Below, piece after piece: positions 9,415 to 19,112 of a DNA stretch of 64,000 nt. How positions within the stretch are numbered: the stretch's first letter is position 1; each line of letters begins with the position of its first letter. The stretch spans positions 227,413 through 291,412 of the forward strand of contig JBOEGE010000005.1 of NCBI GenBank assembly GCA_050633265.1, read 5' to 3'. Under the pieces are notes generated by a model. It was not told where the DNA came from. It saw only the letters and a list, made by a program, of their open reading frames with translations, and searched no databases. This DNA is from Paracoccaceae bacterium (GTDB lineage Bacteria; Pseudomonadota; Alphaproteobacteria; Rhodobacterales; Rhodobacteraceae). The translations under genes were made by a program, and so were the position numbers.

Positions 9415-9900
9415 ATGACTTATACGAGCGTCTTGCTGAATGGCTTCAGCTTGGGCCACTTGGCGCCATCCGCGCCGGGATCAAAGCCCCCAAGCCTGCT
9501 TGCGTTTGATCCGCGGGCCGTAATTTGTCTGCGTGTGATTGGATCAAGTGAAGAAGAAGATATCACCCATTCTTCCTATATTGATGGGATCGAAGTCTTT
9601 GGCTCCGGGCGGGCCTATGTTGAAAATCGCCCCCTCTTTCGCTACGCCCCCCATACCAAATGGCATGCAGCCCCAGTGCGCCATTTGAGCAAGGATCGCG
9701 GGCTTGTGCGCTTTGAGTTTGAAGCGACCAGTTTTAAATCCCCTGATCCCGGCGCGCCAAAATTGCGCGGGCTCTTTGTTTCAGTTGGCGAGGATATCCG
9801 CCCCGCTGCAAAAGAAGCCCAGGCCAAAATCACCAAGGCCCAGAACATCTTTCTCGACCCCGATCTGATCGTCCTCCAGAAAATCGCCCAGACCGGCTGA
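9415..9900 (+). CDS. hypothetical protein
   Basis: 161-aa ORF from ATG 9415 (the track ORF starts at 9397) with codon usage like its neighbours. It is followed by a clean intrinsic terminator. No recognisable motif. Confidence 0.45.
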   Translation: MTYTSVLLNGFSLGHLAPSAPGSKPPSLLAFDPRAVICLRVIGSSEEEDITHSSYIDGIEVFGSGRAYVENRPLFRYAPHTKWHAAPVRHLSKDRGLVRFEFEATSFKSPDPGAPKLRGLFVSVGEDIRPAAKEAQAKITKAQNIFLDPDLIVLQKIAQTG

Positions 9901-9942
9901 CCGCTTTTACCACGGGCCAAACCTCCCAATGGCCCCTCTTCC

Positions 9943-9979
9943 CCGCCAGGCGCAACCTCCCTTCGCCTGGCGGTTTTTC
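9943..9979 (+). terminator. intrinsic terminator
   Basis: CCGCCAGGCG-N11-CGCCTGGCGG followed by TTTTT. Confidence 0.75.
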
Positions 9980-10058
9980 GTGGCCCTCCCCCCTTTTGCG
10001 ATCTGCGCGCCCGCGCGGTTTTCCCCGATCAAAGGGAAAACACCGCCCCATTTCTCTT

Positions 10059-10080
10059 GTGTTAACACTTATTAAGTGTT
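10059..10080. promoter_or_regulatory. overlapping palindromes, candidate operator upstream of the lipoprotein array
   Basis: In GTGTTAACACTTATTAAGTGTT, GTGTTAACAC is a perfect 10-bp palindrome and AACACTTA-T-TAAGTGTT is a perfect 8-1-8 inverted repeat. The site is ~215 bp upstream of the first lipoprotein start. Confidence 0.35.
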
Positions 10081-10294
10081 CAAATTTTCCAAACAGCGCT
10101 GGATTGCTCAAACACGCCTTGGGGGAGGCAAAGAGCCGCCGGTGCACCGATCCCGCGCACAGGCCGCCAACAGGCAAGCGCATGTGCCAATATGAGCCAG
10201 AAGGCGCGATCCGATACAGCCCCCGCCACAAGAGGCCCAAACAAATTAATATTAATTAAAACAAATACTTACACAAATAAAAAGAGGGCAAACC

Positions 10295-11080
10295 TTGCTA
10301 AAACAAAACGCATTTCTCATCGTCACAACCTGTATTCTGGCCAGTTGCGGCGGGGTCAAAAGCGATGATGTTACCAAGGCACTGTTCAGCGATGTCGTGG
10401 TTTTGAGCAGCGATCTGAGCGCCATCACCATCAATGGCGCGCCCCTTTCCGCGCCAGAATATAATGCCGCGCTTGATTTCGGTTCGCTCAAGAACTGGCA
10501 CAGCGCGGATAACACCGAGCAAGGCTATCTGGGCGAAACCACGACGGGCAACTCGCGCGCTTTTGTCGGGGTTACCAATAACGCCGCTGTGCCCTTTGGC
10601 AATGGCACGGTCATGCGCGTAGTCCCGACCGCGCTGCCCACAGACGGCACGGCAACCTACCTTGGCAGCTACGTCGGCTATTTGTCCTCTCATGATGAAA
10701 CCAGCTCTGCGGCCTCAAACACGCTCTATGCTCGGCTGCTTGGCGATATGAGCATGACGGCGAATTTTGATGCTGCCAGCGGCGCGCAAGTCGATGGTAG
10801 GATTGAAAATCGCAGCCTTGAGGCCCCCGCAGATGACTCTTCCAACATCAATTCCGTCGATGACCTGATCCTTGTTGTCACTGCGCTCAACAGTGACGGC
10901 AGCTATCGCGGCACGACAAGCGGCGGCGATATTGAAAGCATCTCCTCTGGGGGTATTGACGGGGCATATGGCGGCCTGATCTCGGGCGACACCGGCCAAG
11001 AAACCATCGGCGCGGTGCGGCTTATTCATGACACGGGCAGTGAGAAATATATCGAAATCGGAGTCTTTATCGCCCAGTAA
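10295..11080 (+). CDS. lipoprotein, TbpB-like handle/beta-barrel family (paralog 1)
   Basis: TTG start after AGAGGG. Signal peptide with lipobox ILASC. C-terminal pattern GTATYLGSYVGY, MTANFD..VDGRIENR, DGSYRG, GAYGGLISG..QETIGAV, IEIGVFIAQ. Confidence 0.7.
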   Translation: MLKQNAFLIVTTCILASCGGVKSDDVTKALFSDVVVLSSDLSAITINGAPLSAPEYNAALDFGSLKNWHSADNTEQGYLGETTTGNSRAFVGVTNNAAVPFGNGTVMRVVPTALPTDGTATYLGSYVGYLSSHDETSSAASNTLYARLLGDMSMTANFDAASGAQVDGRIENRSLEAPADDSSNINSVDDLILVVTALNSDGSYRGTTSGGDIESISSGGIDGAYGGLISGDTGQETIGAVRLIHDTGSEKYIEIGVFIAQ

Positions 11081-11141
11081 CCCCGAAAATCCAGTAATCC
11101 CGAAAACCCAATCGCCCCTAAAACCCAGTAACTCCTAAAAT
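11074..11141. repeat. degenerate 17-bp tandem repeat (4 units) between paralogs 1 and 2
   Basis: The units are ccagtaaccccgaaaat / ccagtaatcccgaaaac / ccaatcgcccctaaaac / ccagtaactcctaaaat. The repeat starts in the last codons of paralog 1. Confidence 0.7.
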
Positions 11142-11242
11142 TCTGCCCCCCTAACACAGCGCCCAATTGCGCAATTCTAAACCGCCCGAAACGCTCCATG
11201 CCACGCAAATGCCGCCAAGGCCGCAATGAAACAGGAAATGAC

Positions 11243-12028
11243 ATGTTGAAACAAAATCTATCTCTCCTAGCCGCTGCGGCCGTTTTGGCCAGTTGCGGCG
11301 GCGCGAACAACATCGCTGAGATTGTGACCAAAACCATTGGGAATGATGTCATCGTGATGGGCGCCACGCCCGATCAGACCAGCATCAATGCGGCCATGTT
11401 GAGCGATGCAAGCTTTCAACCGGATCACGATGCGGGCGCGCTGAAAGCCTGGAGAACACCAAGCAGCGCCGACAAAGGCTATTTTGGGCAGAGCAGCTCG
11501 GGCGGCTCTGTTGTTTTTGTTGCGGGGACCAATGGCACAACCGAAAATATCTTGAGCCTCGCCATTGCCCGCACCGCGCCAACCACGCTGCCAACCTCCG
11601 GCACAACAACCTATACAGGCGATTACGCCGGGGTGTATGAACATGATGACACAGACCCCGATGAGTTGGATTTTATGACGGGGCTGGTCACCGGCGATGC
11701 CGAGATCGTTGCGGATTTCAAAAACAACACGGTTGAGGGCACCATCTCAAATCGTGTGCTGCGCAGTGCCGTCACAAACGAGGTTTCCTCAAGCTTCGAT
11801 CCGGCAGATGTCTCGCTGAGTATCAGCCCGCTTTACTCCGATGGATCCTTTAGCGGGGTCGCGACTGGCGGCCAATTGATAAGGACAGACCCTTCGCTCA
11901 CGGGAGAGTACCAAGGGCTCATCTCTGGCGCTGCCAGCCAAGAAGCCATCGGCGGGATCAGACTTGTTCACCAAGCCGACCCGGGCAACAGTTCGACCAT
12001 CGAGCTTGGTGTGTTTCTCGCTGAATAG
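11243..12028 (+). CDS. lipoprotein, TbpB-like handle/beta-barrel family (paralog 2)
   Basis: ATG 11243 (MLKQNLSLL, the same N-terminus as paralog 1) and lipobox VLASC. Same length as paralog 1 (261 aa). Contains GTTTYTGDYAGV, VADFK..VEGTISNR, DGSFSG, GEYQGLISG..QEAIGGI, IELGVFLAE. Confidence 0.7.
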   Translation: MLKQNLSLLAAAAVLASCGGANNIAEIVTKTIGNDVIVMGATPDQTSINAAMLSDASFQPDHDAGALKAWRTPSSADKGYFGQSSSGGSVVFVAGTNGTTENILSLAIARTAPTTLPTSGTTTYTGDYAGVYEHDDTDPDELDFMTGLVTGDAEIVADFKNNTVEGTISNRVLRSAVTNEVSSSFDPADVSLSISPLYSDGSFSGVATGGQLIRTDPSLTGEYQGLISGAASQEAIGGIRLVHQADPGNSSTIELGVFLAE

Positions 12029-12260
12029 CTGCTCGCCCGGCAGCCCCCCATAAGATTTGACCATCCAGTTCAAACTTTCTCGCGCGCCCAGGCCCTTTCG
12101 CCTCCGCGCGCGATTGACGCCCCTTAACAACACGTTAAGATTGAAAAATGTTGGCCGCTCAATGCCTAAACCCACAACAGCTAAACCAAAGCGGCCTTGG
12201 CAGCGCCCACCCATTTTCGCACATATGTAGCGACCAGTTTCGTAACGAGGATATCTTTAG

Positions 12261-13130
12261 ATGAACAACCGCCGCCCCCGCGCCGCTTTAATCGAATGCC
12301 CCAAAAAGAGAACGGCCGCGCTAAAAACGGCGCCGCTGCTCTTTCTCAGCGCCGCGCTTCTCGCCGCATGTGATCTCGGCCCGCGCACCGGCCCCATCGT
12401 TTCCAAAACCATTGGGCCCGACACGATCGTTTTGGGCGAAACCATTGCAGAGACAACGATAAATGGCGTCGAGCAAACTGACTTGGTGTTAGATCCTCTT
12501 TTCGACTACGGCCTGTTCAAAGGATGGCACGACACCTCAGCTCCAGTTTCTTTTAGGCGCGCCAAAACAGGGTATATAGGTGAAAGCACTTCAGGGGGCT
12601 CTTTCGCCTTTGTTGGCGGCTTCAAGGATTTATCCTCGCCCCATGGCAGTGCGATTTACGGGCGAACCGTCGAAACCAAAATACCCGATAAAGGCAAAGC
12701 GACCTATACGGGGCAATATGCCGCCACTGCTCGTGAGTTTGTTGGAGATCCATCCAACTCGACCATAGTTGACGGGCTGATAACTGGCGATACAAGCCTC
12801 ACAGTAGATTTTGAGACTTCCGCAGTGAGTGGCTCCATCACCAATCGTCTGAACAAACAGCCCTCAGGAAATTCTACATCTGTCCATCAAATCGCGGATC
12901 TTATTTTTGAACCCACGACCTTTAATAGAAAAGGGGAATTTTCCGGCTCAACCGCTGGTGGTGAGTATATACTAGACGATTCAGGTGTAAGCGGTACATT
13001 CGGCGGCTTGATTTCGGGCAGCCATGGCCAAGAAACTGTTGGCCGCGTCAATGTATTGCACGATTATAGAGAGCGAAATAATCCTGAAACCACCTACATA
13101 ATCGAAACCGGCGTTTTCATCGCCGAGTAG
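12261..13130 (+). CDS. lipoprotein, TbpB-like handle/beta-barrel family (paralog 3)
   Basis: Lipobox LLAAC. Contains GKATYTGQYAA, LTVDFE..VSGSITNR, GEFSGS, GTFGGLISG..QETVGRV, IETGVFIAE. More AT-rich than paralogs 1 and 2. Confidence 0.7.
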   Translation: MNNRRPRAALIECPKKRTAALKTAPLLFLSAALLAACDLGPRTGPIVSKTIGPDTIVLGETIAETTINGVEQTDLVLDPLFDYGLFKGWHDTSAPVSFRRAKTGYIGESTSGGSFAFVGGFKDLSSPHGSAIYGRTVETKIPDKGKATYTGQYAATAREFVGDPSNSTIVDGLITGDTSLTVDFETSAVSGSITNRLNKQPSGNSTSVHQIADLIFEPTTFNRKGEFSGSTAGGEYILDDSGVSGTFGGLISGSHGQETVGRVNVLHDYRERNNPETTYIIETGVFIAE

Positions 13131-13185
13131 CGGCTCAATTTTTGCCATCAATCACATTTCAGTTTCGTAACGAGGATCGTTCAAG

Positions 13186-14025
13186 ATGAACAAACACACG
13201 CCCCTTTTGCTTATCGCATTCGGCCTGCTCGCGGCATGCAGCACACCGGGTGAAACACTCAAGATTAACGGTGTAAATATGGGCTATGCCACTGTCTTTG
13301 TCGGCGATACCCCAAACGAAAGCTTTGTAGACGGTAAAAAGCTCCAAGATGCGGTGGCAGATCCAACCTTTGATATCGGTCCGTTCAAGGCCTGGGTAGA
13401 CGAATCCAAAGTGGCGCGCGGCTATATACACCATTCAGATTCAGGTGCCGCCACAGCTTTCGTTGCTTCAGTTGGGACCATGAATTACCCTCATAAACAC
13501 ACAGCAGAACAGAGGTCTGCTGGGCTCACTTTTCTTCGCCATATTGAACCGGCACAACCACCAGAGGGCACTGCCAAATTTATTGGGAAATATGCTGGCA
13601 TGAGGCGCGCATATTATGATGGCGAAGTTGAAAGCAGCATCATTTACTCCGGACAAATGTCTGGCGACGTGACACTCAATGCGGATTTCTCAAACTCTGA
13701 AGTGAGCGGCTCAATCACCAATCGACTATATCTCCACGCGCAAACCAATGAAATTATAACAAATCTTCCTCTTTCCGACATCACGCTTCACCCCACCGTG
13801 ATCAATAGTGATGGCTCCTACTCAGGCAATGCAACGGGTGGAGGACATGCACGTGACGTTATCGTCGACCCCGAGATTGGCGGCACCTATTCTGGATTGA
13901 TTGCCGGGGAAAGTGCTCAAGAAACGGTGGGCGGAGTCATTCTTCCCGTGATCAATCCGCGAGATAACCATCCACGCAGGTTCAATTATCTTGAATTTGG
14001 CGTTTTCATCGCCGAAGAGCCCTAA
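13186..14025 (+). CDS. lipoprotein, TbpB-like handle/beta-barrel family (paralog 4)
   Basis: Lipobox LLAAC. Contains GTAKFIGKYAG, LNADFS..VSGSITNR, DGSYSGN, GTYSGLIAG..QETVGGV, LEFGVFIAEEP. It shares an 18-nt leader with paralog 3. Confidence 0.7.
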   Translation: MNKHTPLLLIAFGLLAACSTPGETLKINGVNMGYATVFVGDTPNESFVDGKKLQDAVADPTFDIGPFKAWVDESKVARGYIHHSDSGAATAFVASVGTMNYPHKHTAEQRSAGLTFLRHIEPAQPPEGTAKFIGKYAGMRRAYYDGEVESSIIYSGQMSGDVTLNADFSNSEVSGSITNRLYLHAQTNEIITNLPLSDITLHPTVINSDGSYSGNATGGGHARDVIVDPEIGGTYSGLIAGESAQETVGGVILPVINPRDNHPRRFNYLEFGVFIAEEP

Positions 14026-14477
14026 ATCGGCCCCTTCAGGCGCTCTTCACTCAGCAAAACATTCGCCTCGACGTTGCCCACACCGGGCAGCGTCATGACA
14101 CGGCGGCGCAGGACGCGCTCAAAATCGGGCAGATCACGCGCAACGACCCTTAGGCGGTAATCATAAAGGCCGAGAACGTGCTGGACGGTCTGCACCTCGG
14201 GGATCGCCATCACAGCGCGCTCAAAATCCTCAAGCGAGACCCGCCCCTTGGTCGCAAGCTTCACGCCAAGAAAAATCGTCACCCCAAAACCAAGCGCGTT
14301 CATATCCAGATCAATGCGCCGCCCTGCAATGATCCCGGCCTCTTCCAGCCGCTTGATCCGGCGCCAAGCGGCTGGCTGCGAAAGCCCAAGGGCGCGCCCC
14401 AAAGCCCCCGCGCTTTGCCCTGCATCGCGCTGCAAGGCGGCCAGCAAAGCCCGGTCAATCTCATCCAGCGCGCTCAT
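14022..14477 (-). CDS. Lrp/AsnC family transcriptional regulator
   Basis: LDEIDRALLAALQRDAGQSAGALGRALGLSQPAAWRRIKRLEEAGII followed by a RAM/ACT-like C-terminal domain. Confidence 0.85.
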   Translation of the reverse strand: MSALDEIDRALLAALQRDAGQSAGALGRALGLSQPAAWRRIKRLEEAGIIAGRRIDLDMNALGFGVTIFLGVKLATKGRVSLEDFERAVMAIPEVQTVQHVLGLYDYRLRVVARDLPDFERVLRRRVMTLPGVGNVEANVLLSEERLKGPI

Positions 14478-14932
14478 AGGGGCAAGGCTTCGGTTGATTT
14501 GAGCGTGGCCACATGCATCAGCGCTTCAATGTCGGAAATATGCGGCAAGGCCAGGATTTTGGCCCGGTAAACCTGCTGATAATGGGGCATATCATGGGCG
14601 ATCACAGAGAGGCGCACATCAACCCGGCCAAGGAAGGTCTGGATTGCGATCACTTCGGGCACATTGCGCGCGGCCTCAAGGAATTCATCAAAGGCGCGCG
14701 GGTTGGTTTTATCCAGCGTAAAGCGCAGCGAGACCTCAACCGTATAGCCCAAGGCCGCCCAGCCAATCTCGGCATGTTGGCCGCGCAAAATGCCGGCCTC
14801 CTTCAGCTTCTCAAGCCGGCGCGAGAAGGTCGCCGGCGTCACCCCTGCCCGCTCGGCAAGCTCAGCACTTGGGCAGGCAGGATCCGCCTGAAGCTGGCGG
14901 AGAATCCTACGGTCTGTATCCGATATCTGCAT
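14474..14932 (-). CDS. Lrp/AsnC family transcriptional regulator (second copy, 4-nt overlap with the first)
   Basis: MQISDTDRRILRQLQADPACPSAELAERAGVTPATFSRRLEKLKEAGIL. This is the 3' third of the 514-aa track ORF. The rest of that ORF is antisense to ilvC and was discarded. Confidence 0.8.
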   Translation of the reverse strand: MQISDTDRRILRQLQADPACPSAELAERAGVTPATFSRRLEKLKEAGILRGQHAEIGWAALGYTVEVSLRFTLDKTNPRAFDEFLEAARNVPEVIAIQTFLGRVDVRLSVIAHDMPHYQQVYRAKILALPHISDIEALMHVATLKSTEALPL

Positions 14933-15046
14933 GAAAAATCCGAAAAATCCAAAAAGCGCGCATGATCTATTGCAGATACCGCGATAAACGTCAAACTTTG
15001 CAACACAATTCGCGCGCGGCGGCCCTAGATTGCCCTCAATCAATAA

Positions 15047-16090
<1,044 letters not shown>

Positions 16091-16110
16091 GCGCGGATTA
16101 TATGCGCGAA

Positions 16111-16140
16111 AGGCCCCTGCATTTGCGGGGGCCTTTTTGT
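16111..16140 (+). terminator. intrinsic terminator after ilvC
   Basis: AGGCCCC-N10-GGGGCCT followed by TTTTGT. Confidence 0.7.
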
Positions 16141-16160
16141 TTGGACAGGCTGCGCGCCGC

Positions 16161-16658
16161 TCAATAGCGCCCGATCACAACCATCGTTTTGCCCAGAACC
16201 TTGCCGCCTGCATCAACGGCCTTAAGCGTTGCGGTATATTTGTTGCCGCGCCCGCCAGAACAGGGCGGCAGATAGCCCTTCGAGGCATAATCCCCCGAGC
16301 TGCGCGCCTTACGAATGACCCGAACACCACCCCCCAATTTATCCGTCATCCCCGGCACCGAAGGCAGCTTGGCCGAAGCCCCTTTCACCGGATAGCCAAG
16401 CGTGCCATGCCCGCCCTTGGAAGAGAGCGGCGCATAGCTTTTATCATCATATTCAACGATGATCATGGCCGCCCCCGAGGGGATGCCAGTCACTTGCATC
16501 GGCGGGGTCGCGCCATTGCCACCATGCAATTTGCATTGCTGCCCAGCGGGGATATTCTTGCCGCCCCAAGGGGATAAAAGCTCGGCCTTCATCTCAGCAA
16601 ATGCTGGGCCGGCAAGAGCAAAGCTCGCCACAGCGGCCGCAAAAATCATACGCATCAC
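16161..16658 (-). CDS. secreted/periplasmic protein of unknown function (distant PEBP/YbhB-like pattern possible)
   Basis: Signal peptide MMRMIFAAAVASFALAGPAFA. GYLPPCSGGRGNKYTATLKAVD loosely recalls the PEBP Y-x-P-P...Y-x-F-x-L-x-A-L-D region. Confidence 0.45.
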   Translation of the reverse strand: MMRMIFAAAVASFALAGPAFAEMKAELLSPWGGKNIPAGQQCKLHGGNGATPPMQVTGIPSGAAMIIVEYDDKSYAPLSSKGGHGTLGYPVKGASAKLPSVPGMTDKLGGGVRVIRKARSSGDYASKGYLPPCSGGRGNKYTATLKAVDAGGKVLGKTMVVIGRY

Positions 16659-16728
16659 ATCTCTCCTATTGAACTCACATTCAGCCTAGGAGCGCCGCAG
16701 CTCTGCGTCAAGAAATCAGCCGCAGCCC

Positions 16729-18075
16729 CTAAGAACAGGCCGCTTTCACCGCATCAACCACATGCGCCACAGAGGCTTTCATCAGCGCCTCATCCTCGCT
16801 TTCCGCCATCACGCGAATAAGAGGCTCGGTCCCGGATTTGCGGATCAGCAAGCGGCCAGTGGCGGCCAGATCGGCTTCGGCCTGGGCAATTGCGGCCTTC
16901 ACTTGCGAGTCCTCAAGCGGATGCTGACCTGTTGCAAATCGTACATTTTCAAGCACTTGCGGAACGGTGTTAAAGCTCTTTGACAGCTCCGAGGCGCGCT
17001 TGCCTGTCTCGATCATCGCCGTGAGGAATTGCAAACCGGCAAGCAGGCCATCGCCCGTTGTGGCGTAATCCGTCATAACGATATGGCCCGATTGCTCGCC
17101 GCCAAGATTAAAGCCGCCCGCGCGCATCCGCTCAACAACATGCCGATCGCCCACGAAAGTGCGTTCAAGCGCAATGCCCTCGCCCTGCAAGTAGCGCTCA
17201 AGCCCGAGATTGGACATCACCGTGGCAACCAAAGCCCCGCCGCTAAGCAGCCCCGCCTTGGCCCATCGAACAGCCAAAAGACCCATCAATTGATCGCCGT
17301 CGCAAACTGCGCCCGTCTCATCAATGATCATCACCCGGTCCGCATCGCCATCAAGGCAAATGCCAACATCGGCCCCATATTCAACCACCATCCGCGAGGC
17401 CAAATCCGTATCGGTCGAACCGCATCCCTTGTTGATATTCGTCCCGTCCGGCGCCACGCCAATAGGGATCACATCCGCGCCAAGCTCCCAAAGGGCCTCG
17501 GGGGCATTGCGATAAGCCGCGCCATTCGCGCAATCAATAACAACCTTTAAACCGCTCAGCGACAACCCGCGTGGCAAGGTCGATTTGAGCCGCTCATTAT
17601 AGCGAAAACGCCCGTCATCAATCCGCTTGGCCCGCCCGATATTCTCAGCCCTGGCAGGCTCAACCCCCTCAAAGGTCATCCGCTCGATCTCAAGCTCGGC
17701 CTCATCAGAAAGCTTAAACCCATCAGGCCCAAAGAACTTGATGCCATTGTCATGATGCGGATTGTGCGAGGCCGAAATCATCACCCCAACATCCGCCCGC
17801 ATCGAGGTCGTCAGCATGCCAACTGCGGGCGTTGGCACTGGCCCAAGCAAGAACACGTTCATCCCCGTCGAGGTAAACCCAGCCGTGAGCGCATTTTCAA
17901 ACATATAGCCCGATTGGCGCGTATCCTTGCCGATCACAACCCGGTGCGCCGCCGATCCATCGCGGCGAAAATAGCGCCCCGCGGCCGCCCCAAGGCGCAT
18001 CGCCATCTCGGCCGTCATTGGATAGGCATTGGCCCGCCCGCGCACACCATCAGTGCCAAATAATTTCTTGCTCAT
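16729..18075 (-). CDS. glmM: phosphoglucosamine mutase
   Basis: [23 protein letters not shown] and GGEQSGH. Confidence 0.95.
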   Translation of the reverse strand: MSKKLFGTDGVRGRANAYPMTAEMAMRLGAAAGRYFRRDGSAAHRVVIGKDTRQSGYMFENALTAGFTSTGMNVFLLGPVPTPAVGMLTTSMRADVGVMISASHNPHHDNGIKFFGPDGFKLSDEAELEIERMTFEGVEPARAENIGRAKRIDDGRFRYNERLKSTLPRGLSLSGLKVVIDCANGAAYRNAPEALWELGADVIPIGVAPDGTNINKGCGSTDTDLASRMVVEYGADVGICLDGDADRVMIIDETGAVCDGDQLMGLLAVRWAKAGLLSGGALVATVMSNLGLERYLQGEGIALERTFVGDRHVVERMRAGGFNLGGEQSGHIVMTDYATTGDGLLAGLQFLTAMIETGKRASELSKSFNTVPQVLENVRFATGQHPLEDSQVKAAIAQAEADLAATGRLLIRKSGTEPLIRVMAESEDEALMKASVAHVVDAVKAACS

Positions 18076-18077
18076 TG

Positions 18078-19091
18078 TTACTCCTCAACGCCGCCTGTCG
18101 CAGCCAACCAAAGCCGCAGCGCCTGATCCGTTTCAAACATATCATGCACCCGTACCATCTGCACCCCTTGCGCGATCCCCGCAAGCGCAACAGCCACCGA
18201 ACCGGGCATGCGCGCATCGGCCTCGCCCCCGCCAATCGCCCCGATAAAGCGCTTGCGAGAGGCGCCCAAAAGGATGGCGCAGCCAAGCCCGTGAAAGGCC
18301 GAAATCCGCGCCAAAAGAGCAAGGTTATGCGCCTGGGTTTTGCCAAATCCGATGCCGGGATCAACGATGATCTGCGCCCGCGAAATGCCCGCCGCCTCGG
18401 CCACAGCAATGCGCGCCTCAAGATAGTCATAGACCTCAAACAACACATCATCATAGCGCGGCGCTTGCTGCATGGTCTTGGGATCGCCCTTGGCATGCAT
18501 CAAACAAATCGGTGCTGCGCGCGCCGCCGCCAAGGCCGCCATGGCGCCATCAAACTCCATCGCACTGACATCATTGATCATATCCGCGCCCGCATTCAGC
18601 GCCGCCGCAGCCACATCGGCTTTGCGCGTATCAATCGAGATCGGCGCGCTTACCCCTGCGCGGCGCAGGCCCTCAATCGCCGGAACAACCCGCGCGATCT
18701 CCTCTGCGCAAGAGACAAAATCCGCGCCCGGGCGGGTGCTTTCGCCGCCAATATCCAAGATATCCGCGCCGCCCTGCGCCATGCCCGCACCATGCAAAAC
18801 CGCCGCTTCTGCCGCCTCAAATTTCCCGCCATCGGAAAAACTATCCGGGGTAACATTCACGATCCCCATAAGGCGCGGCGCCTCAAATCCAAGGCCCAAA
18901 ATAGGCGCGCGCTTTGCGGTGAGCCGGGCCAAAACCTCATCCGGCATGTCAACCGCCGGGATGATCTGCGCAGGCCCGTCGCGGCGCAACAGCTCGACCT
19001 GCGCAAACCAGCACCAACCGCCCGCCAAAGCAAAGGCGCCCTCGGGCCGCGCGGGATCATATTGTACGATGGGGCGGTAAATCATGCTCAT
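18078..19091 (-). CDS. folP: dihydropteroate synthase
   Basis: [26 protein letters not shown] and DPGIGFGKT. Confidence 0.93.
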   Translation of the reverse strand: MSMIYRPIVQYDPARPEGAFALAGGWCWFAQVELLRRDGPAQIIPAVDMPDEVLARLTAKRAPILGLGFEAPRLMGIVNVTPDSFSDGGKFEAAEAAVLHGAGMAQGGADILDIGGESTRPGADFVSCAEEIARVVPAIEGLRRAGVSAPISIDTRKADVAAAALNAGADMINDVSAMEFDGAMAALAAARAAPICLMHAKGDPKTMQQAPRYDDVLFEVYDYLEARIAVAEAAGISRAQIIVDPGIGFGKTQAHNLALLARISAFHGLGCAILLGASRKRFIGAIGGGEADARMPGSVAVALAGIAQGVQMVRVHDMFETDQALRLWLAATGGVEE

Positions 19092-19112
19092 GTATTACAT
19101 TCGCTTATGCCG

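Noticed and set aside
9830-10240. 136-aa minus-strand ORF in the region upstream of the lipoprotein array
   Set aside because: Its translation is Gly/Arg-rich junk that spans a terminator and the palindrome. The region is treated as non-coding.
9111-11141. Possibility that the 22-bp and 17-bp tandem repeats are CRISPR arrays
   Set aside because: The units are directly adjacent with no unique spacers, are too short and degenerate, and no cas genes are nearby.
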